From Candidatus Saccharimonadota bacterium (lineage in GTDB: Bacteria; Patescibacteriota; Saccharimonadia; Saccharimonadales; Saccharimonadaceae): DNA of 33,649 nucleotides. Where the stretch lies: positions 42,133 through 75,781 of the forward strand of contig JAEHON010000010.1 in assembly GCA_016112465.1 (NCBI GenBank), written 5' to 3'. Under the pieces are notes generated by a model. It was given only the letters and a program-made list of their open reading frames with translations. It did no database searches and was not told the DNA's origin. A program made the position numbers and the translations under genes. How positions within the stretch are numbered: position 1 is the stretch's first letter; the number at the start of each line of letters is the position of its first letter. This document shows, piece after piece, positions 17,777-27,106 of the stretch.

Positions 17777-19309
17777 ATGAGTAAACATAATAGAAAAGTT
17801 CAATTAGAAGCCACGACAGTTGCCACAGAGCGAGTTAGTGCAAGAATGAGGATTGGCGCAATTACAATGGCTACAAGCGCCGTGATGGCATTGAGCTTCG
17901 CATCTCCAATATCTGCACTTGGTAAGGCCACAACAACGAGTACTGAAAATAAGGGCAGTAAAAAGGTAGTTTATCCAGAACACCCAAACGCACCGGAAGG
18001 TGATTATGAAATAGCACCAATGAAGATTGCGCCACCTAGCTATGAAGGTCATGTGCATATGCCAATGCCATTTGTGAATGGTAAGTTAGCAATGAGTCTT
18101 GATAGGATTGACCGTACAAACAGTGAGATTGAGTTTTCAGTAGATAAAAGCTGGCTGGGAAATAGAAAAATAAAACGTCTCGGCGTAGCTTCTATTAGGT
18201 GGTATGGATTTGCGATTGATAATTCGGGCTTATATGAAGCTAATACTTTTGACGATGAATGGACCACAAAGATGTTTGCAAGTAAGGCGGACTACGAGGG
18301 GTTATCAGACCGCCACGAATCGAAGGATAGATATTTCTGGGTTAGACCAACTTTTGATTTATTCTATGAATGGTCAAACGATGTCGTATTTGTATTGCAG
18401 CTTGATGATAATACTTATTATAATGGGCGTGTTTATTTCAAAGAAGACTGTTTGTTGCATTGGATTGAGGGGAGGAACTGTGTAGTGGACAAATACGATC
18501 AGTCAAAAACGATGCGTAATGTATCTTATAAGGCAGTGGCGGCGCCAAAGAAAAAATACACCATTGGTATGATACCTAGGGAAGTTGATGGGTATGCGAA
18601 TACTGACATAAATGCAGTAGAGCCAGAAAAACCGGTAACTCCAGAGAAGCCGGTTACACCTGAAAAGCCAGTAATTCCAGAAAAACCAGTAGTCCCAGAG
18701 AAGCCAGTGATTCCTGAGAAGCCGGTTACGCCAGAAAAACCAGTGACTCCTGAGAATCCGGTAATTCCAGAGAAACCGGTTACGCCAGAAAAACCAGAGG
18801 AGAAGAATAAAACTGAGGATGAAACCTCTATTGAAGTAGGTAAGTCAGAGGAAACTAAAAAGACTACAGAATCAGAGAATGAGCCAGAAGATAAATCTGA
18901 TGAGAAAAATAAAGAGAAAACCGAGGTTGAACCAAAGACTCAGAATGTTGAAAAATCTAGCATATATAATAATCTCCCAAGAAAATCACTAGGCGTGGTG
19001 ACAGCTCAGAGTATTACTGAGAACCCAAAAGATGATACAGAAAACACGGGAGCTGACAGTATTGATTCGACGGAAATTGAATCTTCTGATAGTGCAGAGG
19101 AAAAGGTTGAAAAAGATGAACAGTCTGAGGATAAAGAAAAGACTGATCAGGAAGCAACTGAAGTTCCTAAGCTCGGTGAAGTTAAAAAAGAATTTAATAT
19201 CTTTAGTCAATGGTGGACATGGCTTATCGCAGGCACGATTGTCGGTGCTATATTACACAAGATCTTTCTCTCAATACGTTCTAAAAAACATGAAACTATT
19301 TCAGATTAG
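17777..19309 (+). CDS. Surface-exposed protein: signal peptide, globular domain, Pro-rich and acidic stalk, C-terminal anchor
   Basis: GAGG SD; hydrophobic signal ending ISA; PEKPV repeats; E/K/D/T-rich stalk; VPKLG, then a TM segment and basic tail. Confidence 0.85.
   Translation: MSKHNRKVQLEATTVATERVSARMRIGAITMATSAVMALSFASPISALGKATTTSTENKGSKKVVYPEHPNAPEGDYEIAPMKIAPPSYEGHVHMPMPFVNGKLAMSLDRIDRTNSEIEFSVDKSWLGNRKIKRLGVASIRWYGFAIDNSGLYEANTFDDEWTTKMFASKADYEGLSDRHESKDRYFWVRPTFDLFYEWSNDVVFVLQLDDNTYYNGRVYFKEDCLLHWIEGRNCVVDKYDQSKTMRNVSYKAVAAPKKKYTIGMIPREVDGYANTDINAVEPEKPVTPEKPVTPEKPVIPEKPVVPEKPVIPEKPVTPEKPVTPENPVIPEKPVTPEKPEEKNKTEDETSIEVGKSEETKKTTESENEPEDKSDEKNKEKTEVEPKTQNVEKSSIYNNLPRKSLGVVTAQSITENPKDDTENTGADSIDSTEIESSDSAEEKVEKDEQSEDKEKTDQEATEVPKLGEVKKEFNIFSQWWTWLIAGTIVGAILHKIFLSIRSKKHETISD
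18623..18796 (+). repeat. 18 bp coding tandem repeat, PE(K/N)PV(T/I/V) x9 plus a partial unit
   Basis: Read directly; codons vary synonymously between units. Confidence 0.95.
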
Positions 19310-19466
19310 ATAGAACATCGGCGGTAGCTCTCTCAAGAAAGAAAAATCTCTCAACAATATCGCCGACACTGAGGGAAAGCGTACATTAAAAAATGTCTAT
19401 AATATCCTATAGAATATAGATATGATAGCTACCTTAGCTTAATATCTATAACTTTTAAAATAGACG

Positions 19467-19500
19467 CTATAGCCGTCCTCGCGACGGCTATAGTTATTTT
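19467..19500 (+). terminator. Terminator-like hairpin
   Basis: CTATAGCCGTC-CTCGC-GACGGCTATAG then TTATTTT. Confidence 0.7.
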
Positions 19501-19531
19501 ATATATAAATATAATGTGATAAAATGGATTT

Positions 19532-19984
19532 ATGGAAAGCCTTTATGTTTTTTTAGCATTTGTTATGGGCTGGCTTGTAGCACAAGCTTTAAAGCTGATT
19601 TTCTTTATTGTTAAAAAGCGTGGCAAGACTACAATTCGTGATGTTATATATTATGCAGTAAAGTCTGGTGGCATGCCCTCTGGCCATACCGCGAGTTTCA
19701 TGGCGATGACTATGACAATAGGATATATTAGTGGTTTTAATTCAGTGGTTTTTGCGTTAGCCGCATGTAATACATTAATTATTGTATATGATGCAACGAA
19801 TGTGCGTTATTCGGTTGGTGAGCACGGAAAGTTATTAAATAAGATTATTGATGATAAAAATAAAAGCGAAGGAACTAGACTAAGTAAACTTCGCGTGGTC
19901 GAGGGGCATACAATAGCAGAAGTAATTGCAGGTTTTTGGATTGGGATTTTTATTGCAACATTGATAAAAATCGTGTGTTTATAG
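19532..19984 (+). CDS. Divergent PAP2 family (DUF212) membrane protein
   Basis: AQALK, SGGMPSGHTA, YDA..VR..VG.H, GHT..EV..G. Confidence 0.92.
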   Translation: MESLYVFLAFVMGWLVAQALKLIFFIVKKRGKTTIRDVIYYAVKSGGMPSGHTASFMAMTMTIGYISGFNSVVFALAACNTLIIVYDATNVRYSVGEHGKLLNKIIDDKNKSEGTRLSKLRVVEGHTIAEVIAGFWIGIFIATLIKIVCL

Positions 19985-20056
19985 AAGGGAAAGGCGTTTT
20001 TACAGGCATAATTGAAAAAAAGTTTCAAAAAAAGTAAAAAAAGTCCAAGAAATGTA

Positions 20057-20085
20057 TTGACAGTTTTGTTTAAGTAAACTATTAT
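20057..20085 (+). promoter_or_regulatory. 16S rRNA promoter with UP-like A-tracts
   Basis: TTGACA-N17-TATTAT. Confidence 0.8.
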
Positions 20086-20273
20086 TAGAGCATACAAAAG
20101 CTGCGACATACATAAAGATGACTGTGCGCTTTTGGAAATTGAAATTTAACAATTCAGTTGTGCAATTTGAAATGGTAATATGTGTGGTTTTATAATCATA
20201 CGAATCCATTTCTTTCATCGTCAGTTTTATTTTATTTGAGTTTTCAAATTTAAAATTCAAGGTCTTAGGACCT

Positions 20274-21801
<1,528 letters not shown>

Positions 21802-21962
21802 CTAGAGAAGGATTTGATGAGCATTAAATAGCAATATTTAATGTATCTAGGTCGGTCGTAATTGTGTTAATTAAGCTTAGAACACAATATAGCTTACGAG
21901 AGTAAGATACGATTTACAGCTTACATTGACTTTCGATGAATTGCACAACTGAGTTGTTAAGG

Positions 21963-21988
21963 AAGACCCTGGTAGGGGTCTTTTTTTT
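21963..21988 (+). terminator. Terminator directly after the 16S trailer
   Basis: AAGACCCT-GGTA-GGGGTCTT plus T-tract. Confidence 0.85.
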
Positions 21989-22046
21989 AGTCTAAATTTA
22001 GTTCTAGACGGTCTTCTCGCAGTTATCGATATGATATACTCGATTT

Positions 22047-22874
22047 ATGAAGAAAAAGACACTGCTTGATTTGGAAGATTTTATTTATGAATTTTATGGA
22101 GAGGAAAATAAAGAACTCTCTGTAGCGGTGCTTACGACTATACTGGGTGTATTTGTGGGAATTAAGCCGGCGGGGCTTTTAACAAACGATGTCATGAATA
22201 ACGGAGATGTGCTACTGGACGGCGGCAAATTTGTAGATTTTTTAAGTGACCTAGGGATTTATATTCTGATTGGTGAAAATAGAATATCTCATGAAGGTGA
22301 GCCTTATATGACAAAAGCGGAAGAAAATGAAATTTATGATAATGATTTGGATGTGATTAACTTGACTGGAGACGCTCCGGATATCAATGATTTAGATATA
22401 GTAAAGTTGGATGTAAGTAAACTTGGTTTGGATGGCGGTGAAGTTTTAAAGTTTAATCTGGAATGTTTAGGAAATTATAGGGGTGGGGAATTTTTATACA
22501 TCTCATTTCAAAAAAGAATTTGTCGGGAATTGAAGTCGGCGTATGAGCAAATGATGAATTCGATGCGAAATGGCTTTGTGATGGATGGAAAGGAGGATGA
22601 ATGGACTGTGGCTACATTTAAGATTGGTGACTTGCTAGGCTATCCTGAGACTGCGATTATTGAATATGTTTCTAAAAATAAGAATGAACTATATATAAAC
22701 AGTGAAGAACATCTAGCGAGAATTAGAAGAAATCGTTACTATGCACATAGTGAAGTTTTTGAGGAAGCTGAATTTAAGGAGTATGATCTGCCAATGAATT
22801 TGGCAATTAAGAAGTATTTGCCACGTACTGAAACGATTATGGCGGCAGACTCAACAAAGAGATGGTTAGACTAA
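22047..22874 (+). CDS. Hypothetical protein with GxLLGYP motif
   Basis: 275 aa ORF; GIKPA and IGDLLGYP motifs recall some DUF families, but no confident assignment. Confidence 0.75.
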   Translation: MKKKTLLDLEDFIYEFYGEENKELSVAVLTTILGVFVGIKPAGLLTNDVMNNGDVLLDGGKFVDFLSDLGIYILIGENRISHEGEPYMTKAEENEIYDNDLDVINLTGDAPDINDLDIVKLDVSKLGLDGGEVLKFNLECLGNYRGGEFLYISFQKRICRELKSAYEQMMNSMRNGFVMDGKEDEWTVATFKIGDLLGYPETAIIEYVSKNKNELYINSEEHLARIRRNRYYAHSEVFEEAEFKEYDLPMNLAIKKYLPRTETIMAADSTKRWLD

Positions 22875-22927
22875 TCTAATTTTCTTGTGATAAAATAGAA
22901 AGAGTTTAATGGAGAATAAAAAATAAA

Positions 22928-24016
22928 ATGGGTCTTTTGATCAATCTAGCGTTGCTGCTTGTGGGCTTCGTTTTTCTAATTAAGGGTGCAGATATTTTTG
23001 TGGATGGTGCAAGCGATACGGCACGTAAATTTCGTGTACCAAAGATGCTGATTGGTTTAACTATTGTTTCTTTTGGTACAAGTGCGCCAGAACTTGCAGT
23101 GAGTATCCAGTCGATTCTCTCTGGTAAGGGTGATATTTTGCTAGGAAACGTGATTGGTAGCAATATTCTTAATATCTTGCTAATTTTGGGGCTTTCAGCA
23201 CTGGTGGGAACGCTTCATGTTAATACGGCGACAGTGAAGAAGGAAATTCCAGTACTTATTTTGATAACTATAGCGTTTACAGTGGTGCTTTCTGATAAGA
23301 TTTTTGGATTGGGCGAGAATTTATTTACTAGACAAGATGGCATTATTTTACTCTTGTTTTTCTGTGTTTTTATCTATTATCTTTTTGGTATGGCGAATCG
23401 GAAGACTGGTGCTGAGAATGAGGTGACTGAGAAAAAATCTGTAAAAAAGGAGACTTCTAAGACGGAAAAAGTTACTGAGGTTAAGACAGAAAAGGTTACT
23501 GAGGTTAAGACAGAAAAAGTTGCTGAGACTAAGAAGGAAACAGATGAAGAAGGGGAAGTTAACTTAGTTAAGGCAGTTTTGATGGTGGTATTTGGCCTGG
23601 TTGGAATTGTATTCGGTAGTGATCTAGTTGTAAAAGGTGCGTCAGAAATTGCGGCGACCTTTGGTGTAAGTCAAAGAATTATTTCTCTTACCATTGTGGC
23701 GCTGGGTACTTCATTGCCAGAATTGGTAACTTCTGTGATCGCGACTCGTAAGGGTGAATATGATATAGCCATTGGAAATATCGTTGGATCGGATATCTTT
23801 AATATTGGTATTGTGGCGGGACTTCCAGTTGCTTTGTTAGGTGGGGTCGGTGGCAGTGCTTTCTCAGTTGTTGATATTGCTGCGTTAGTAATTTCACCAA
23901 TTGTTCTTTACTTCTTTGCAAGGCGAGGACATCGAATTGGATTTAAGAAGGGGATCGCTTTCTTATTGATGTTCGTGGTCTACTATGGCTACGTAATTAT
24001 GGGAAGTTTTGCATAA
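22928..24016 (+). CDS. Calcium/sodium antiporter (CaCA, YrbG-like)
   Basis: Alpha repeats GTSAPE and GTSLPE, GNVIGSN and GNIVGSD, two TM bundles. Confidence 0.93.
   Translation: MGLLINLALLLVGFVFLIKGADIFVDGASDTARKFRVPKMLIGLTIVSFGTSAPELAVSIQSILSGKGDILLGNVIGSNILNILLILGLSALVGTLHVNTATVKKEIPVLILITIAFTVVLSDKIFGLGENLFTRQDGIILLLFFCVFIYYLFGMANRKTGAENEVTEKKSVKKETSKTEKVTEVKTEKVTEVKTEKVAETKKETDEEGEVNLVKAVLMVVFGLVGIVFGSDLVVKGASEIAATFGVSQRIISLTIVALGTSLPELVTSVIATRKGEYDIAIGNIVGSDIFNIGIVAGLPVALLGGVGGSAFSVVDIAALVISPIVLYFFARRGHRIGFKKGIAFLLMFVVYYGYVIMGSFA
23459..23530 (+). repeat. 24 bp coding tandem repeat (KTEKVTEV x3) in the antiporter loop
   Basis: Read directly. Confidence 0.9.
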
Positions 24017-24583
24017 ATGAATGATTTTGTGATCGAACCGGAACTGGACACAAGAAATCTTGTGGATGAGTTTAAGGGGAAGTCTAATGAACAGGTAAAA
24101 GCTGAGCTAGGCGAGAGACGAAATAGTCTTGAGGTCGCAATTGAGAACGTGGAACATGACTTTAATGTGGGGACGATCGTGCGTTCAGCGAATAATTTCA
24201 ACGTCAACATGGTACACATAATTGGGCGTAAGAAATATAACAGACGTGGTGCGATGTGTACAGATAAGTATCTGGAGATTAAATACTGGACTGATTTTGA
24301 GAGCTTTGTGGTTGACCAGAGGGCGCGTGGTCGCGAGATTGTAGCGATTGAAAATAATACGGAACGCGCTAAGCCGATCCATCAAAAGATTTTTTCTAAA
24401 AATACAACTCTGGTTTTTGGAAGTGAAGGGAACGGAATTAGCGCGGAACTAACAGCGGCGGCGGATGATGTACGTTTTATTGAGTCATTTGGCTCAACAA
24501 GGTCGCTAAATGTTGGTGTGGCGGCGGGAGTGGCGATGTATGAATGGGTTAGGCAAGTAGTATTATCGCTTGAAGACAATTGA
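24017..24583 (+). CDS. TrmH/SpoU family RNA methyltransferase
   Basis: NVGTIVRSA, LVFGSEGNG, SLNVGVAA. Confidence 0.9.
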   Translation: MNDFVIEPELDTRNLVDEFKGKSNEQVKAELGERRNSLEVAIENVEHDFNVGTIVRSANNFNVNMVHIIGRKKYNRRGAMCTDKYLEIKYWTDFESFVVDQRARGREIVAIENNTERAKPIHQKIFSKNTTLVFGSEGNGISAELTAAADDVRFIESFGSTRSLNVGVAAGVAMYEWVRQVVLSLEDN

Positions 24584-24796
24584 TACTAAAAGCGATAAGA
24601 AAAGAGTATGAAGGTTGGCGGTAACAGCTAGGCCGAGACCGACGCCAATGAGTCCCCAAAATTTGACGCGATCATAAGACGAAACGCCGCTTAACATATT
24701 ATCAGAGATGATTTGATATTTGGAGATAATAAGGCCACTGATGGCAGTGATTAATAAGCCAATTATCATCCAACCGAAACTAAAATTCCATTGCAT
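24563..24796 (-). CDS. Small membrane protein (77 aa, start MQWNFS)
   Basis: Two to three hydrophobic segments; TGCTATAAT 6 nt before the ATG at 24796; 21 nt convergent overlap with the TrmH gene. Confidence 0.7.
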   Translation of the reverse strand: MQWNFSFGWMIIGLLITAISGLIISKYQIISDNMLSGVSSYDRVKFWGLIGVGLGLAVTANLHTLFLSLLVSIVFKR

Positions 24797-24885
24797 GAAT
24801 AAATTATAGCACAATAAAAATGTGAATATAAAAAGTGTAGTGGTTCTTGATTTTTATAAATAGATAGAGTAAAATAATTGAAGAC

Positions 24886-24962
24886 GGGGATATAGCTCAG
24901 CTGGTTAGAGCGCGTCACTGATAATGACGAGGTCTGTGGTTCAAGTCCACATATCCCCACCA
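24886..24962 (+). tRNA. tRNA-Ile(GAT)
   Basis: Full cloverleaf, anticodon arm CGTCA-CTGATAA-TGACG, encoded CCA; own promoter TTGATT-N17-TAAAAT. Confidence 0.97.
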
Positions 24963-24981
24963 CCTGAAAATATGTTTGTTT

Positions 24982-25006
24982 AAGCCGCTAGAAGTAGCGG
25001 CTTTTT
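24982..25006 (+). terminator. tRNA-Ile terminator
   Basis: AAGCCGCTA-GAAG-TAGCGGCTTTTT. Confidence 0.8.
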
Positions 25007-25115
25007 GTTGGATGGGATATAAAAACTATAATCCTGGAGGATGTGTTGTGAAGAAAAAGGAAAGTTTCGGGTGGACGAGAAAAAGAATATAAAGAGGGGT
25101 ATAGATAAAAACAAG

Positions 25116-25138
25116 AAAAAAGACCTTTTGGGTCTTTT
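25116..25138 (-). terminator. tRNA-Ala terminator
   Basis: AAAAGACC/GGTCTTTT stem with T-tract on the minus strand. Confidence 0.65.
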
Positions 25139-25198
25139 GTTGGTGGAGTATCTAGCGGGGGGACGCTAAATACCCCATGGCTGATTTTATCAGAAAAA

Positions 25199-25275
25199 TG
25201 GTGGAGTAACAGGGATTCAAACCCTGGACCTCTGCCTTGCAAAGGCAGCGCTCTAATCAGCTGAGCTATTACCCC
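25199..25275 (-). tRNA. tRNA-Ala(TGC)
   Basis: Cloverleaf with G3.U70, anticodon arm CTGCC-TTTGCAA-GGCAG, CCA; own promoter TTGACA-N17-TAATAT. Confidence 0.95.
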
Positions 25276-25432
25276 AGTGGAATTATATTAGCAAAGAATA
25301 AGTTTAATGTCAATAAAAAAGATAGAGTGACTAATAAATATTAATGAGGATGGAGGAGTGGGTATAGTGATAGATATAAATGACAGCATAGGCATTAAAA
25401 TATATTATAAAATAATAATTAACTTTAGCATA

Positions 25433-25461
25433 TTGACAAAGTGCTTCTGTTATTGTATAAT
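25433..25461 (+). promoter_or_regulatory. Consensus sigma70 promoter of the KGG gene
   Basis: TTGACA-N17-TATAAT. Confidence 0.85.
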
Positions 25462-25562
25462 ACAAGACATAAGCCAAAAGGTGCGTTAGAGAGAGACACT
25501 TTGAGGTGGTGAGGGGAACAATAACAATTATTAATATTTCTGGTGGGCAGAAAGAGAATTAA

Positions 25563-25769
25563 ATGGCAGGAACTAAACAAGGTGGCCTTAAGGCTGCAGC
25601 AACTAACCGTGAGAAATACGGTAAAGACTTTTACGCAAAGATCGGCCAAAAAGGTGGACGATTAGGTTGTACTGGTGGATTTGCAGCAAACCCTGCACTT
25701 GCAAAAATTGCCGGTGCTAAAGGTGGTCGTATTTCACGACGTGGCCCAGCTAAGAAAAATGTTGCTTAA
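25563..25769 (+). CDS. KGG-motif general stress-type small basic protein
   Basis: YGKDFYAKIGQKGG and AGAKGG motifs. Confidence 0.85.
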   Translation: MAGTKQGGLKAAATNREKYGKDFYAKIGQKGGRLGCTGGFAANPALAKIAGAKGGRISRRGPAKKNVA

Positions 25770-25824
25770 TTTAAAGATTAATAACTTATTAGCTTAAAAT
25801 ATTAGCTAGATCCATCTAGAAATT

Positions 25825-25852
25825 GACGAACCCAGAAATGGGTTCGTTTTTT
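25825..25852 (+). terminator. Terminator after the KGG gene
   Basis: GACGAACCCA-GAAA-TGGGTTCGTT plus T-tract. Confidence 0.85.
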
Positions 25853-25932
25853 ATGATGTTCGGATTTTTATTAAAAGAGGTTATGGATAAATAACTTAAA
25901 TATGATATATTATAGAGAGAAAAGGAGGTGAT

Positions 25933-26292
25933 ATGAATTTTAATGAATACCAAGAAAGTGCACGAAAATACGACACTTTCTCTTATGAAGATTTTGTAAG
26001 GGCGGGATCAAAAGTGTCCGATGTTGGCGTTTTGGAGAAGGTATTAGGGATTGCTGGCGAGGCTGGCGAAGCATGTGACAAAATTAAAAAGATTATTCGT
26101 GACAACGATGGCGTAGTAACAGATGAGAAGCGCCTAGAGATCATAAAAGAATTTGGTGATGTCTTATGGTATCTTGCAATGGTTTCGCGATATCTTGGAG
26201 TGGAATTTAATGAGGTGGCAGAGATAAATCTAAAGAAGCTTGAAGATCGATTTCAGAGAAACCAGATTCATGGGGCGGGCGATAATCGCTAG
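25933..26292 (+). CDS. MazG-like NTP pyrophosphohydrolase
   Basis: AGGAGGT SD; LGIAGEAGE..DKIKK..RD, KEFGDVLWY, N..KL..R, G.GDNR. Confidence 0.9.
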   Translation: MNFNEYQESARKYDTFSYEDFVRAGSKVSDVGVLEKVLGIAGEAGEACDKIKKIIRDNDGVVTDEKRLEIIKEFGDVLWYLAMVSRYLGVEFNEVAEINLKKLEDRFQRNQIHGAGDNR

Positions 26293-26368
26293 AGGTTTGA
26301 ATTTGAGATTTTAGATTCTAAACATCTAGAAAAATTAGGTGTTGAGAGTTTTTTGGTGCCTTTCGGGC

Positions 26369-26863
26369 TTAGATTAAATCGCAGTGGGGGCAATACCAGG
26401 TTTGGTTTTTATCCTGAAACATGGTAAGGCCGCATTTTTTGCAGGTAGTTTTTTGGTGGAGCCAACGACGGTAGGTGTCAAGATGAGCTTCAGTAAAATC
26501 TTGGTTGAAAAATAGGTGATATTTTGTTTGTAGATTAGGGTGATTCTCGAGAATTGTTTGGGCCGCATGCCAGGCTTCGGTTTCAATCTTGATACGATCG
26601 ATGGAAAGCTGAAAATTACGATGACCAGAAACGGCGTGACCTAGTTCGTGGAGCAGTTGGAGGGCAAAATCTTGAAAAGAACTGTTTGTATCATTTGGGT
26701 TACTAGGCTCGTAAAAAATAGTGTTTGGCGGGCGGAAGAGGAAGCGGGGGCCGGGTTGAAAGCAAAAATCAGGATAGAGGGATTTTAGGTCAGCAAGAAA
26801 ATTGGAGAACGGACTGTTTGGTGACTGATTTTTTATCTGATTAGAAGAATTTGCCTGACTCAT
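26369..26863 (-). CDS. Hypothetical HExxH protein with C-terminal Cys4 zinc ribbon
   Basis: Start moved to MSQANS (TATAAT 7 nt upstream); LLHELGH...E..AW; CKKC...CPHC. Confidence 0.8.
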   Translation of the reverse strand: MSQANSSNQIKNQSPNSPFSNFLADLKSLYPDFCFQPGPRFLFRPPNTIFYEPSNPNDTNSSFQDFALQLLHELGHAVSGHRNFQLSIDRIKIETEAWHAAQTILENHPNLQTKYHLFFNQDFTEAHLDTYRRWLHQKTTCKKCGLTMFQDKNQTWYCPHCDLI

Positions 26864-27006
26864 TAAAAATATTATAGGTGGAGGTGGAGAAAATAAAAAG
26901 AATAAGAGGGAAGGAGGGTGAGTAGTGAATGTAAGAGATGGATGGTGAGTGAGCCATAGACGCACGCTTTACAAACAGGGGTGGATTTGGTATATTAAAA
27001 GGTAGA

Positions 27007-27088
27007 TTCGGGTTCGTTCATTTGGGGAAAATAGCTCAGAGGTATAAATATTAAGTGAGAAGATTTTTCTTAAGTGAACGGGCCTGAA
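27007..27088 (+). promoter_or_regulatory. Long hairpin in the rpsA 5' leader
   Basis: ~26 bp continuous stem rich in G.U, between promoter TTTACA-N17-TATATT (26968-26996) and SD AGAAAGGA. Confidence 0.7.
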
Positions 27089-27106
27089 GAAAGGAAAATA
27101 TAAGTA

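Noticed and set aside
18623..18796. CRISPR-like periodicity (also 4521-4600 and 23459-23530)
   Set aside because: Tandem units without unique spacers, two of them in-frame coding repeats; no cas genes
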